Shown here in pieces: positions 13,430 through 26,508 of a DNA stretch of 64,000 nucleotides (its first letter is position 1; each line of letters opens with the position of its first letter). The position numbers were made by a program, and so were the translations under genes. Source of the stretch: Geosiphon pyriformis uo1 (lineage: Eukaryota; Fungi; Glomeromycota). The notes under the pieces were generated by a model. The model was not told the DNA's origin. It made no database searches and saw only the letters and a program-made list of their open reading frames with translations. The stretch spans positions 400,372 through 464,371 of the forward strand of contig JAAOMT010000031.1 in the NCBI GenBank assembly GCA_016748015.1, in the 5' to 3' direction.

Positions 13430-16400
13430 CCAGTTCTGTTTGGAAAATTGCTACATGCAATGTCAAAGGAATGAACAATTCTGCAAAACAGGATAATATC
13501 ATTTATTGGCATAAAGACATAGACAATTTGGTCTTTATTTTCACAGAATTAAAACTGAAAGGGAAGGTTTGCCCTTGGATTGTCAACAAATTTGATGGTG
13601 TTCAGGTGTTTACTTTTGGTTTGGAATTTGGATATCTAGATGCTGAGGTTGTGGTTGTTATAAACTCTTTTTTGGCAAGACATATATACAAAGTTTTTGA
13701 GGTGCCTAGTTGGTTTCTCTTTATTAAATTACTTTTCAAAAATAAACTTTCTGTGTCAATTTTGGGGCTTTACACTGGTGCTTTTTCAGCAGTTTGGTTT
13801 TTTCAGACTGGTAATATTAACTCTCTTATTGTAAAACCTATTAATGAGTCTTCTTTCATCATCCTTGGTGGTGATTTTAATAAGAATAGTTCTTATAAGT
13901 GTGCAAGTTTTCAAAAATGCCTTAATATGAGGCTGGTCAATTCTTTGGTAGATAGCTTGGCTGTGAAGAAACCTACTTGAGAAAATTCAAGAGGCATCAT
14001 GAAAATGATTGATTACATGTTCATTTCTCCAAATCTGGTCAATATGATTGTATATTGTAATGTTTTGGATGTCAATAAACATTTTGACACAGATCACCAA
14101 GCTGTTTCTATGTCCATAAGTTTGAGTAGACTTTTGGATACACAATTGAACTCTATTTGCAAACAAGTGAACAAGAATTGTTGGAAGTTTGATTTCAAAA
14201 GTGCTGATAAGAATAAGTGAAACTGTTTTAAAGATACCATGTTGGCCAATGCCACAATGTTCTCTGTTGAGTTTGCTGTTGCTGTTAAATTCTCAGATTT
14301 GGATGCAATGTGAGATATTGTTTGCAAAATATTAATTCTTTCAGCTAATGAAGTATTTAAAAGGAAATAGTTCAAAGATTTTGATGGTGTCTTTATCAAA
14401 GATTCTTCAACATTTTACAAGTTGGAGCTTTTGGTTTCAAAGATTGTTAGGGCTTCTTGTGAGGAGAGTGCTGTTAATTTTGTTATTTTTATGAAGTGTT
14501 GGAGCTCCTTAGACAATATCAAATCTTTAGTTATTTAGGATCTTATAGACTCTGGAGCATGCTTTGATCATGTTTGTTCTGCTCTCTATGGGGTTAGAAA
14601 GTCTTATCATGCATCCAAGCTTGCAAAATCTCTAAGAGCTAATAAAGCAAACATTAGATTTGCTATTAATAAGAGGATAGAAAGCTTTGCAACAAATAAG
14701 AGTCATATTATTAGGAGTGTACTGGAATATCTTTTCCATAAGGTGGTGCTGAACCATCTGGTAGTTGATGACAAACTGATTTTGAAGCCTAATGTGGTTA
14801 AATTTAAGGTGGATGTAATTATGGAGAATTGGACTAGAAAATGTAATGTGATTACTTATATCCCTGGTCTCATCAATATTAACCTTTGGAGTATGTCTTT
14901 AATAAAGTTTTTTCTGGTGTAATGTATTTAATTGAGTTTGATAAACTTTTTGGTGTGATTTTTAATCTATTTAATAGCAAAGCTACTGGTTTTTTGGATA
15001 TTCCAAATAAGCTTTGGAAACATTGTGACAGTTTGGTTCTAAATATGCTTTTAGTACTCTTGAATTCTTGTTTTTCTGGTGAATCAGTGTCTAGTTTTTG
15101 GAAAAAGACTTGGGTTTTGATGATTCCCAAACCATATGAGTGAAAAAAGGTTCTGACGAACACCTGGTCTATTGCCTTAATTGAAACTACTTGTAAAATC
15201 CTGTCCAAGATTCTCTCTGATAGGATTTTATTAGCTTACAGCACTTTTGACATTTTTTATGGTAATAATTTTTCAGTTTTAAAAGGTACAACAACCCAGT
15301 TTTTTATTTTTGCAATTGGTTTAGTAGTGAAGAATGCTCTGGAGAAGAATCAGGAGCTTTGGCTGGTGTTGCAGGATATGTAAAAGGCATATGATTTGGT
15401 TGGCTGGAAACATCTTAAAAAGAGTTTGATTAGGATCAAAATGTGTAACAAGTTTATTTAATTTTTTGGTAATGTTCATAGGAGTTATACCAATAGAGTT
15501 ATAACTGATTTTGGTTTGATCAGTAGTTATTGTGTCTATAATGGTTTAGATCAGGGTAAAGTTTTTTCTTCTCTTTTGTGGCATATATTTTATGATCCTC
15601 TTTTGTGCAAGGTCAAGAGACAGGAAAGTGTGTGTAAATATAGATTAAGTTCTCATTTTATTTCCAGAAATGATCATGCCAAATCTTGGGCTGAGCTTTC
15701 TTTTTTTTTTGTCACTGATGTCTTTGTTGATAATACAATTTGGATTGGTAGCAGTTAGACTACTACTTAACATATTTTTAATATTGCTAGTGAATTTTTT
15801 CAAATCAATGACATTTTCATTAACAATAACAAAATCATGACCATTTCTATTAATAGCAAGATTAATACTTCTTCTTTGTCTATTAGTGAATTGCTCATCT
15901 CTATTACTAAAAAAAGTGAATCTTATTAATACTTGGGTATTTTTCTTTCAATAAATGGTCTCTCAAAGCCTAGTGTGGCTAAAGCACATTCAAACATTCA
16001 CTTTTTTGTTAACCTGATTCTGAAAAAAGCCATCTCAGATAAGCAGTTCTTGTATTTGGTATTAGATGTTCTTCATTTTATTATTAGCTATAGAATGCAA
16101 TTTAGTTTTGTTTTAGTTGGTATATATAACAAATAAGATGCTTTGATTCATAAAGACTTGAAGTCCAAATCAGGTTTTTTTGCTAATTTTCCTAGCAATA
16201 CAATCTATTACCCTTTATTTTATGGTTTGAAATTTTTTGTTCAACTTCAGTCTAAGAGTAAGATGGCTTTTCTTATCAGATTTGTGAATTCTGGTGGAAT
16301 TTTGGGTCATTTGTTTGCTCACAAGTCTCATGACTTGCAAGTTATGTGTTGGTGTCCTGTTTATTCTTTAAGTTTTTCTGTTTGTATTTGAATCAGCTTG

Positions 16401-18106
16401 TCTAATAACTTTTTGACAGCCATAGTTCATATTCTTTTAGAGTGCAATCTGTTCCTAGGAGGCTTTTTTGATGGTCTTTTTCATTTTTGTGGTGGAATGC
16501 CCATGTCTGATGTTCTTGGTAAGTTAATATTTTTCAAGTTTTTTCCTTCTCTCCAGAGATATGGCATTGCCTTTGTAAACCAACTTTGCAATCGTCATGA
16601 TGCTGTTTATAATTGGTACACTTTCAAGCAGTAAAAAAAATTGGACTCCCATGGCCCAACTCCTAAGTGGTTTAAGATTTCTACTGCATTTCTTAATGGC
16701 ATGACTGCTTCTTTTGCACAAACCACTATTTTGAATAACATTGGTCTTTTGAGTATTTTTGAGTCTTGTGACTTTGGCTTTATTTGTAATCAGCTTTCTC
16801 AGATTGTTCTTGGCAGTTTTTCAGTATACATGAATGGATCTTTAAAGAACATGAGCATGGCTAACATGAAAGCTGGTGCTGCTGTTTTTTTGAAGACATT
16901 GATTTGGGTTTAGGTGTAGGCATCTTAGGTTTAATGTCATCTATCTTGGCAGAGATGCAAACTATTGCATTGGCCTTAGAATGTATTCCCCCATTCAGCT
17001 CTGTTCACCTTTTTTCAGATAGTCAATCTGCTTTGGATGCTTGTAAGTCGGAACTAGGTTTGGTGTTCCCAAACTTTCACAATTATTGTTGGATTGAATG
17101 AAGACATATTGCTAATTTTGTTCACAGTAAGAATTTAAGAGTCTCTTGGCTCAAAGTAAAAGACCACTTTGATGTGTTGGAAAATGAGCATGCTAATGCA
17201 CTTGCTAATGCTGTTTCTCTTTCTAAGCAGTATTTTCCTCTTCATTTAAATGAACATTTTTTGGTAGCTAATAGTTATTTGGTTTTCAGTAACTCTAGAC
17301 ATTTTGTTCGCGATGTTTTTTGTTCTATTTGTTATGTCTACTGGGAAGTTAGTTCTGGTTCTACATTTTTAGATGGTAATTTGTATTCTAATATTGATTG
17401 GATCAGCTTCTTGCTGGTATGGCACCCTAATTTGCACATGGTCACTGGTTTTACTGATAAGCTTATAGCTTTTGCATGTACTTATTTTATGAAAGTTCTG
17501 CATTGTCAGCTGCCTATTGCCATTTATAAGCAACTTTATAATTGACATTACCCTAGTGTATTGTGCTTATATTGTGGTGCCATAGAGGTATTAGATCATG
17601 TTTTTTTTTGTGACATTAATAATTCTACTTGTCTTCAGATTTTGAATACTTTTGTAGTCTCTTGAAAAAATCTTTCTGGCTTTTCTTATTTTTCATCATA
17701 TGTCTTACAGCTGTTATCATCCAGTGTTTTTAATGTCTCTGTCTCTATGGCTCTTTTTAAAAGTTTTGTTTTCAATAGTTGGCTTCAGGAAGCTGTCTCT
17801 GTTTTCTGTGATCCCAGGGTTGCTAGTTTGAAAATTATTGAGTTTGTGTATTTCTTCTGTCTTGCTTTTAAAGACAAAGTCTGATTAATTTATGTTAAAC
17901 ACCATGCTTACATGAAAAAAAATGGTCTGATTCTACTGAATGGGTTGGTTTTTGTTTCAGTTTCTGGTTTGGCTTTGGGGTTATCAGCCAGCATGATCAA
18001 ATTGCTTAGTATTGCTGAAGCATTTGGCATCTATTTTGGCTTTTATAGGTCTTGTTCATTTTTTTCAAGAATTGGTAATTCTGTTTTGGTTTATATAGCT
18101 GTGTAA
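13426..18106 (+). pseudogene. LINE-A ORF2: AP endonuclease, reverse transcriptase, RNase H, C-terminal Cys/His finger
   Basis: APE motifs KIATCNVKG, GGDFN, IDYMF, TDHQAV. RT motifs LQDM*KAYD, GLDQG, FVDNT. RNase H motifs VYMNGS, AEMQ, SDSQ, ENEHAN. Zn finger CLYCG...DHVFFC. Confidence 0.92.
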
Positions 18107-19188
18107 TGTTGTTCTAATTGGTCTGAGTGACTGGTCACATGTAGAAAGTGCATGATTCACATTTAGTTTAGATTATTTCTTTAATATATAATTCTAGACA
18201 GTATTTAGACTTTACTTATAAAGTATTAATAAAAAAATAATAAAAATAAAATATTTAATAAAGACTTAAATTTTTCTGAAAATAAAAAATTTTTGTAAAA
18301 TTAATAATATTTTGAAAACTTTAAACTCTCAATATTAAATTTAAAATAAATAAAACTATAAAATAATTAATTAGTTTGGTTTTAAATAATAATAAATTTA
18401 TTGAAATTATTTAAATAATGGCTTTTTTAAATTAATTTGCTTTTATAATTTTAATATAATTTAGTTTAAATTAAGTTTATGTTTTAAAAAAAAAATTATT
18501 AAAAAATTTGGTTTTTTAAAATTGTAAAATTTTTGTTATTAAATAAATAATTAACTAATTTTAAAAAAATTATTTTTTGATTAAGTTTAAGCAAATTAAT
18601 ATTACTGTTTTAAATATTGTTAATTTTGTTTATAGTTTTGATATAATTTATAAAATTGATTTAATTTAAATTATAAATAAAATATAAAAAAAAGTTTAAT
18701 AAATAATATTAAATTTGTGGTTTTTAATATTAAAACTTAACTTTTATTAAAAATTTTGTTTGTTTATAATGCTAAATTTGTTAAAAAAATTACTTGAAAT
18801 TTGGGTTTTTAATATTTTAAAATCTATTAGTTTTATAAGTAATATTAATGTATAATTAATTTTTATTGGTTTAAATAACTAATTATATATAATTAAGTAT
18901 AAACTATATTTATTTTTTTAACTTTTATTTTTGATAAATTATAATAAATTGGAGTTAATTATTATATAATAATAATAAAATAAAATATTGAATATATAAA
19001 ATTAATTATTAATTTATAATTAATTTAATTAAATATAAATATTAATTAATAATTTCTTTCTCTTTTTCATCTCAAATTTCTAAAAGAGTCTCAAGTTTTT
19101 TTGAAAAAAGTTTTTTACAATTCAATATAATAAATCTAAACCCTTTATTCTTGATTATAAAGCCACTGTTGGCTGTAGTATTGCTGTC

Positions 19189-20969
19189 ATAAAAAAGGCT
19201 GTTAAAGTTTCTGGTTTTAGTGATAGCTTCAAACCTGTTCTTTTAAGGAAAAAAAAAAGAAGTGGTGCTTTAAAAAATAGTTCTGGTGGTAAGAATGTTG
19301 GTTCTAAAGTTCAGAATAATTGTTTATGAGGTTCAGAGACTGGTAACACTATTGAGTCTGATAGTATTGATATGAAGGAGGAATACCTGGTAGAAGAGAC
19401 CAGTTTTGATTATAGAGAAAGTGGTGCTCTTGCTAAAGGTAACTCTAATCAAACACTTACTAGTTTGAAAGTTAAAACCAAGAAGGTGTTAGGCAAGCCA
19501 TTGGGTAAAATTAATTTCTCATTAAGTAACAATGAAAATGATGTTTTTTTGGATATTCTATTGAAATTCTCTTCACCTTTAAAAAATCTGGTCAACATTT
19601 TTGTTGGCAAATCTTTCACTTTGAATATTGGGTTGGACAAAGTGGTTGGAAAATCTTCTCAAGAAAAGCTTCAAGTAATCAAAAAGTTGTTTTCAAAAAT
19701 CAATGATTTTGGAAGAGCCTCTACTCTCTCAAAATTTGCTGGAATTATCAGAGCAACATTTACTTTCAAATTAAGTTTGGCACAGGCTTCTAAAAAGGCT
19801 AAAAAAGTGAAACACTAATCTCAAAAAATTAACTAGGCATTTAGATTGAACTGTGGTGTTGAAAGAAATTTCAGTTGGTATACTGGCTGAGGTTGTGCAT
19901 GTTATACTATCTGAATTTGGTATAATTAAGTCGATCAAAATGCAGTTGATAGGGCTGTGACAAAAAAGCTTTAATTGAGTTTGAACATTTGGATCATGCT
20001 AATTTGGTTGCAGCAAGATGGTCTATTCTTATTAGAAAAGATGCAGTGTATGTTGCTAGATCTGATATGGACAAAAAATCTTGAGATGTGAGGAATGTAC
20101 ACAGAACTTTTTTGTATATTCTGCCAATAGGTACTAATACACATAATATTTGGAACTATATCACCTTAGTGGGTGGAAAAATGTGTGTTATTAACCATTA
20201 TCCAGTTTCTTATGCTTGGGTCAAGTGTGCTTCTGTTTGTTTTAAAATGGCTAAGTTATTGAATGCTGTCATAGAAACCACACCAGTTTTGAAGGGTGCT
20301 AATTTGCACTGGTCTTGTTTTGTTTCAGCTAAGTGTTCAAAGTATGGAAACTCTGGTCATACATCTTTAAGCTGTGTAATTAGTAGAATAGGTGTTTTTT
20401 CTGAAGTCTCAGCTTGTAAAATTTTTTCAAATGCAGATAAAAGCAGGCTGTCTGCCATCTATGCCAAATGTTCAGTACTGGTTGCTTGTTCAGTCTCTTT
20501 TGAAGATGTTTCTTGGGTAAAGGTGGTTGGTAGGTTTTCTTTTTTTTCTCTTCTTAATTGTAATAGTTTGGCTTATTTTGGTTCTTCTTCAAAAGTGAAA
20601 TCTCTTTTGACTTTGTTTTTAGATTTGAATGATAGGTTTGCTACTCTTGAGCATAGTCTTACCAGCCTTGTGGAACATGTTGATAAGTTAACTAAGAAGT
20701 TAGATACACCTGGGCCAATGGTTTTCCAGTCTAGCCCTGAATGTCAGCCATTGGTGACCTCTTCATCACAGAATCAAGAGGTGGATACAGTGATGAGTAA
20801 GAGTTTGAGTGTGGTCACTAGTGATGAAACTATTACAGAAGTGATGGTGTTTGATTCTTCAGTTATTTCAAAGATAGAAGAAACTCTGAACAATCTGTCA
20901 ATCATAGTCATGAGTCTTTTGGCTAAAATAGACAATGCAGGTTTGGTTTCTATTGTTTTTTTTTCTTAA
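19189..20969 (+). pseudogene. LINE-B ORF1
   Basis: Fragments 19372-19818 and 20088-20969 are homologous to LINE-A ORF1. Knuckle CSKYGNSGHTSLSC. The start ATG appears mutated to ATA. Confidence 0.85.
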
Positions 20970-23900
20970 TGATAGATCTGATCTAAAAAGTTGTAACATG
21001 TAATATTAGAGGCATGAACAATCTTGCAAAACAAGATGATATTGTGCATTGGCATAAAAATATGAACAATCTAATTTCAATTTTTATGAAAACTAAGCTG
21101 AAAGAGAAAATACATTCATGAATTGTTAAAAAATTTGAAAGCATCTGTGTGTTTACTTCTGAGTTGGACTCTGGTTACTTGGAGTTGAATGTTGCTGTGA
21201 TTATGAATAATTCTTTGGCAAGACACATATATAAGATTTCTGAGGTACCCAGTTGGCTTATTTCTATTAAGTTGCTTTTTAAAAATAAGCTTTCTGTCTC
21301 AATTTTGGGGCTTTATGCTAGAGCTTCTTTTATGGTCCATCTTTTTCAGACTGATGAAATCAATTCACTTATGGTTAGAGCTGTAAATGAATCTTTTTTT
21401 ATTGTTCTTGGTGGCAATTTCAACAAAGATGATTTTCATAGATGTGTCAGCTTCAAAAAATGCCTTGATCTGAGATTAGTCAATTTTTTGGTTGGAAGTT
21501 CAGCAGTATGGACACCTACTTGAACTAATTCTTGAAGGGTTGCAAAAGTGATTGATTATGTGTTTGTTTCTGCAAATTTGGTTAGTGTGTTAATGCATTG
21601 TGACATTCTGGAAGTTGGTAAACATTTTGACACTAACCACCAGGCTGTTTTTGTGTCTGTAGATCTGGGTGAATTATTAAATGCATAATTAAACTCTCTT
21701 TGCAAACAGACAAATATGGATCATTAGAAGTATGATATCAAAAGTGCTGATAAGGTTAAATGGTATGAATTCAAAATGTTAACAGCTGCTAATGCTGCTA
21801 TGTTTTTTGATGAGTTTGTTTCCTCTGTGGTGTTTTCTAATCTAGATTCTATGTGAAATATTGTTTGTAAGATAATGGTTTTTTTGGTTAATGAAACATT
21901 TAGGAAGAAATGGTTTAAGAGCTTTGGTACCATCTTTACCAAGAACTTTTCTAGGTTTCACAAATTAGAAATTTTGATTTTGAGAATAGTTAAGGCATCT
22001 TGTGAACAGAACTCTGTTAGATTCACATCTTTGATAAGCCATTGGGCTTCTTTGGACCCTGATAAAGTCTTGGCAGTACAGATTCTTTTGAACTCCAATA
22101 CAAATTTTAATCATGTTAGGTCTGCTCTTTTTGGTGTATAAAAGTCTTATCATGCTTCCAAATTTGTTAATTTTTTGAAGGCTTAAGAGTCAAGTATTAG
22201 GTCTATTATTAATAAGCGTATGAAAAGTTTTGCTTTTGATAAGGATTATACTATTAGAAGTGTTTTAGAATGTTCTTTCTGTAAGATGGAATTGGACTAT
22301 CTGGTTGTTGATAATGAATTGATTTTGGAGCCTAATTTAGTCAAAACTAAGGTGGATGTAATTATAGAAAAGTGAACTAGGAGACACAAAGTGGTCACTA
22401 ATATCTCTAGTGAATGGTCTTGTCAATATCAGCCTTTGGAGTATATCTTTGATGGTGCATTCTCGGATGTGATGTGCCCAATTGGTTTTGATAAGTTGTT
22501 TGGTGTGGTTTCTGATCTGTCTAATGGCAAAACTGCTGGTTTTTCTGGTATCCCCAATTAACTTTGAAAACACTGTGACAAATCAATTATGTGTATGTTT
22601 TTAGAACTTTTGAACACTTGTTTGATTAGTGAATCAGTGCCCAGTTTTTGGATGAAAGCTTGGGTCTCAATGATCTCTAAATCATATGAATGAGAGAGTG
22701 TTTTCACAAACACCCATCCTATTACTCTAATTAAAACTGCTCATAAAATTTTCTCCAAGATCCTATCTAATAGAATTTCTCTGGCATGTAGCAGCTTTGA
22801 TGTTCTTCACAGTAACAACTTTTCTGTTCTAAAAAACACTTCTATATAATCACCCATTTTCACAGTTGGCTTGGTAATAGAGGATGCTCTGGAAAAGAAC
22901 CACAAACTCTGGCTTGTTTTGCAGGATGTGTAAAAGACATATGATTCTGTTGACTGGGAGCATCTTAGAAAGAGTTTAATTAGAATTAAAATGTATAGCA
23001 AGTTCATATGTTTTTTTGGTAGTATTTATTGCAATTGTGTCAACAAGGTTATGACTAATTTTGGCTTAACTGTTGGGTATTATATTCATGATAACTTGGA
23101 TCAGGGGAAGGTCTTTTCATTACTCCTCTGGTACATATTTTATGATCCTCTTCTTTGCAAGGTTAAGAGACAAGAGAGTGTATATAGATACAAGTTGAAT
23201 TCTTATTTTATCTCAAAAAATAGTCATCTGGAACCTAATGCTGGATTGTTTTTCTTCTTTGCTGTTGGGGCTTTTGTCAATGATATAATTTGGATTGGCA
23301 GCAGTCAGAGTGCTACTTAGCATATTCTCAATATTGTCAGTGAATTTTTCTGGGTCAATAATATTTTTATTAATACAGACAAGACTGTTGCCATCTCTAT
23401 TAATTGTAGAGTTAGTAATCCTTCTTTATTTATCAGTGGTTTGCCTATTGCTATTGCTAAAAAAAGGAGTCACATCATTACCTAGGCATTTTTCTTTCAA
23501 CTGAGGGTCTTTCAAAGCCTAGCTTGGCCAAAGCACAGTCGGATGTTTGGTTTTTCTCCAATCTTGTGCTAAGAAAAGTCATCTCAAATAAGCAATTTTT
23601 GTACTTGGTTTCAGCTGTTTTCTATCCTATTGTGAGCTATAGAACTCAGTTCAGCTTTATTCCTTTTAATGTGTGCAACAAATGGGATATTCTGATTCAT
23701 AAAGATCTTAAGCTGAAATCTGGTCTTCCTCTTAATTTTCCGAATAATACAATTCATTACTCTTTCTTTTATGGTTTGAAGTCTTTTAAACAGGTGCAAT
23801 CCGAAAGCAAAATAGCATCACTTGTGAATTTTGTGAACTCTAATGAGATTTTGGGTCATATGTTCTCCTATAGGTCTCACAACTTGCAAGTTTTGTGTTG

Positions 23901-25658
23901 GTATTTCATTCATCCCCTGAGTTCCCTGGTTTGTATTCGCATTAGTTCTCTGAATAATTTTTTAGCTGGTATAGTCCGTATTTTTGCAAAATATAATCTG
24001 TCTCTGAGCAGATCTTTGAGTGATCCTTTTCATTGTCAGGGTGGGGTTCTTATGTTAGTAGTACTTGAAGAAGCTAAGTTCTGTATGTGTCTCCTTTCTC
24101 TATGTTAGTATAGTATAGCCTTTGTGGATTAGCTTTATGATTGTCATGGTACCATTTTTGATTGAAAAACTTTTAAGCACTGAGAGAAATTGGATCCTCG
24201 TGATCCAGTTCTTGATTAATTTAGTCTTTTTGTCATCTTCTTCAATAATATAACTTTTTTTCCTGTTTGTTTGTCTGTTATTAAGAGTGCTGGTGGCTCT
24301 TTGAACATTCTTGAATCTCAGAAATTTAAGTTGGTATGTGATCAGTTATCTTATGTTAGTGCTGATTGTTTGTCTGTCTATATAGATGGTTCTCTAAGAG
24401 ATTTGGGCACCATACAAAGAAAGACTGGTGCTGCTGTCTTTTTTGAAAACATTGGCCTAGGTTTGAGTGTAAAGGTTTCTGGTTTGTTGTTCTCTACTTT
24501 GGCGAAGCTACAGGTCATAGCTTTGGTATTAGAATGTGTTCTTCTTTTTAGCTTGGTATGCTTATACTCTGATAGTCAGATTGCTCTGAATGCATGCAAG
24601 TTGGAAGTGCATCTAATTTGTCTGAATTTTCACATCCAGTATTGGGTGAAGTATCAGCATATTGTGAACATTATTTGTTGCAAAAATTTGAGAGTGGAAT
24701 GACTTAAGGTAAAAGATCACTTAGGCATTGTGAGAAATGATTGTGCAGATGCTCTTGCTGTTGTTGCCTCCAACTCTGATTGGTTTCTTCCCTTCTGTTT
24801 GAAAAGACATTGTCTTTTGGCTGATGGTGATCTTGTTTCTGGTAATTCTAGACATTTTGTTTGAGATGTATTTAGATCTGTTTATTATACACATTGAGAA
24901 ATTGGTTTTGGCTCCAAGATTCTAGCAGATGATTTAATATCGAACATTAATTGGTTAAGTTTTTTTTTAGTATGGCATTCTGATTTGCATATGGCTGCAG
25001 GTTTCATGAGCAAATCCTCTGCTGGCTTGTGTACATATTTTATGAAGGCCTTACATCATTAGCTATTTGTTGCTGTTCGGAAGCAACTTTACTCTAAGCA
25101 TTACTCTAGTGTATTGTGTTTGTTTTGTGGTGATATTGAGATTTTTGATCATGTTTTCTCTTGCAAAATTGACCTTCTACCTGTTGTCAGTTGTTGAATA
25201 CCCATGCAGCTTCCTGGGAGCTGATTTTTGGTCTTTCTCATTTCTCTTTCTGTGTGTCTCAGCTTTTGTCATCTTGTGCTTTTAATGTCTCTGTATTCAC
25301 ATCTATTTTCAAAGGTTTTGTTTTTAAAGATTGGTTCTAAGAAACTGTATCTGTTTTTCATGATTTCAAACTTGCAAGTTGGAGGATTGTGAATTTTGTG
25401 CATGTTATCAGTCTCAGTTTTAAGGATTGTATTTGGTTAGTTCATGCTAAATATTAAGCTTTTATGGAAAAAAATAGGTTAATTCTGCCTGATGGTTTAA
25501 TTTCTGTTTCAATTTCTGAAATGTTATCAGGATTGTCTGCTGGTGTTGTTAGGTTACTTGGTATTGCTGACACTTTTGGTGTTCACTTTGGTTTTCATAG
25601 ATCATGTTCATTTTTTTCTGGTGTTGGTAATGATGTTTTAGTTTACATAGTTGCTTAG
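20969..25658 (+). pseudogene. LINE-B ORF2 (APE, RT, RNase H, Zn finger)
   Basis: Motifs GGNFN, NLDQG, AFVNDI, VYIDGS, YSDSQ. C-terminus ...VLVYIVA* matches LINE-A ...VLVYIAV*. Confidence 0.92.
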
Positions 25659-25692
25659 TATTGTCTTGATCAGTCTGAATAGCTGGTCATAT

Positions 25693-26448
25693 TGTTACTC
25701 ATAGAAAAAAAACAGATATAAGGAAATAGTAGACCAATAAGTGAATAGTATGTAGTACGTAAGCACATTGCTCAACAATATGGAGCAATATCAGAAAACA
25801 TGACATATTGCTTAAAAAATTATAGCACATCACTCGAGAATGTGAGCAATCTTGTAGAACATCAATTATGTATATATAATGGTAGCATTAAAAGTAGAAA
25901 GAGCAGAATCCATCAATTCAAAACCTTCCACATCACAAATATTAATAAATAATTATTCACTATCCCAACCCACTCTCCACTATCACCACTTCATGTTGAT
26001 AGTAATTAATACTTAACCATGCTGGAACAATAGCTCTTGATCATATCTATTGACAGAATATTAACTTGCAATTGCTTTTGATTATGTCTTTATTTTCTTT
26101 TATTTTTTTTTATTTTTTTTTGTTATTTTTTTGGTTTTATTAAATTGATTAAGGATTAAGTGCTAAGATACAGATGTCATAGGGACTGGTAAAAGACCTG
26201 TGAAACAAGAGTAGAACACTTACAGATTTGAGAATAGCTTACCAAGAAGATTACTGGTCACCATGCTGAGAAAAAAATTCGACAGAATTGCGATTCTAAG
26301 AGGCTACTAAAAACAACTATTAAATCTCTGTTCATTATATAAAGAACTCCACAACTAAAACCTTCAAATATCAACACCTGAGTACTAACTAAGCACTAAG
26401 TTACAGATTTGTTATTTGACTTAAAACCACAAATAATCATTTGTAACA
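25693..26448 (+). repeat. 5' LTR of Gypsy-2 (756 bp)
   Basis: Direct repeat of 34840-35655 with 6-bp terminal inverted repeats. Confidence 0.95.
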
Positions 26449-26450
26449 TT

Positions 26451-26468
26451 TGGTGCTTCTTATAAGGT
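26451..26468 (+). promoter_or_regulatory. Primer binding site, transition-decayed version of the Gypsy-1 PBS
   Basis: TGGTGCTTCTTATAAGGT, 2 nt after the LTR. Differs from TGGTGCTCCCTGTGAGGT only by C>T and G>A changes. Confidence 0.8.
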
Positions 26469-26508
26469 ATAATCCTATAAAGAACCAGCACTAACAAATA
26501 AATCAACA

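Larger units (their letters stand above)
11480..18240 (+). mobile_element. Full-length inactivated LINE (LINE-A) with ORF1 and ORF2 (APE, RT, RNase H, Zn finger)
   Basis: 5' motif TCTTTCTCTC..CATC..AAATTTCT shared with LINE-B. Two ORFs, a 3' UTR and an A-rich tail near 18230. Clade not assignable by eye. Confidence 0.93.
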
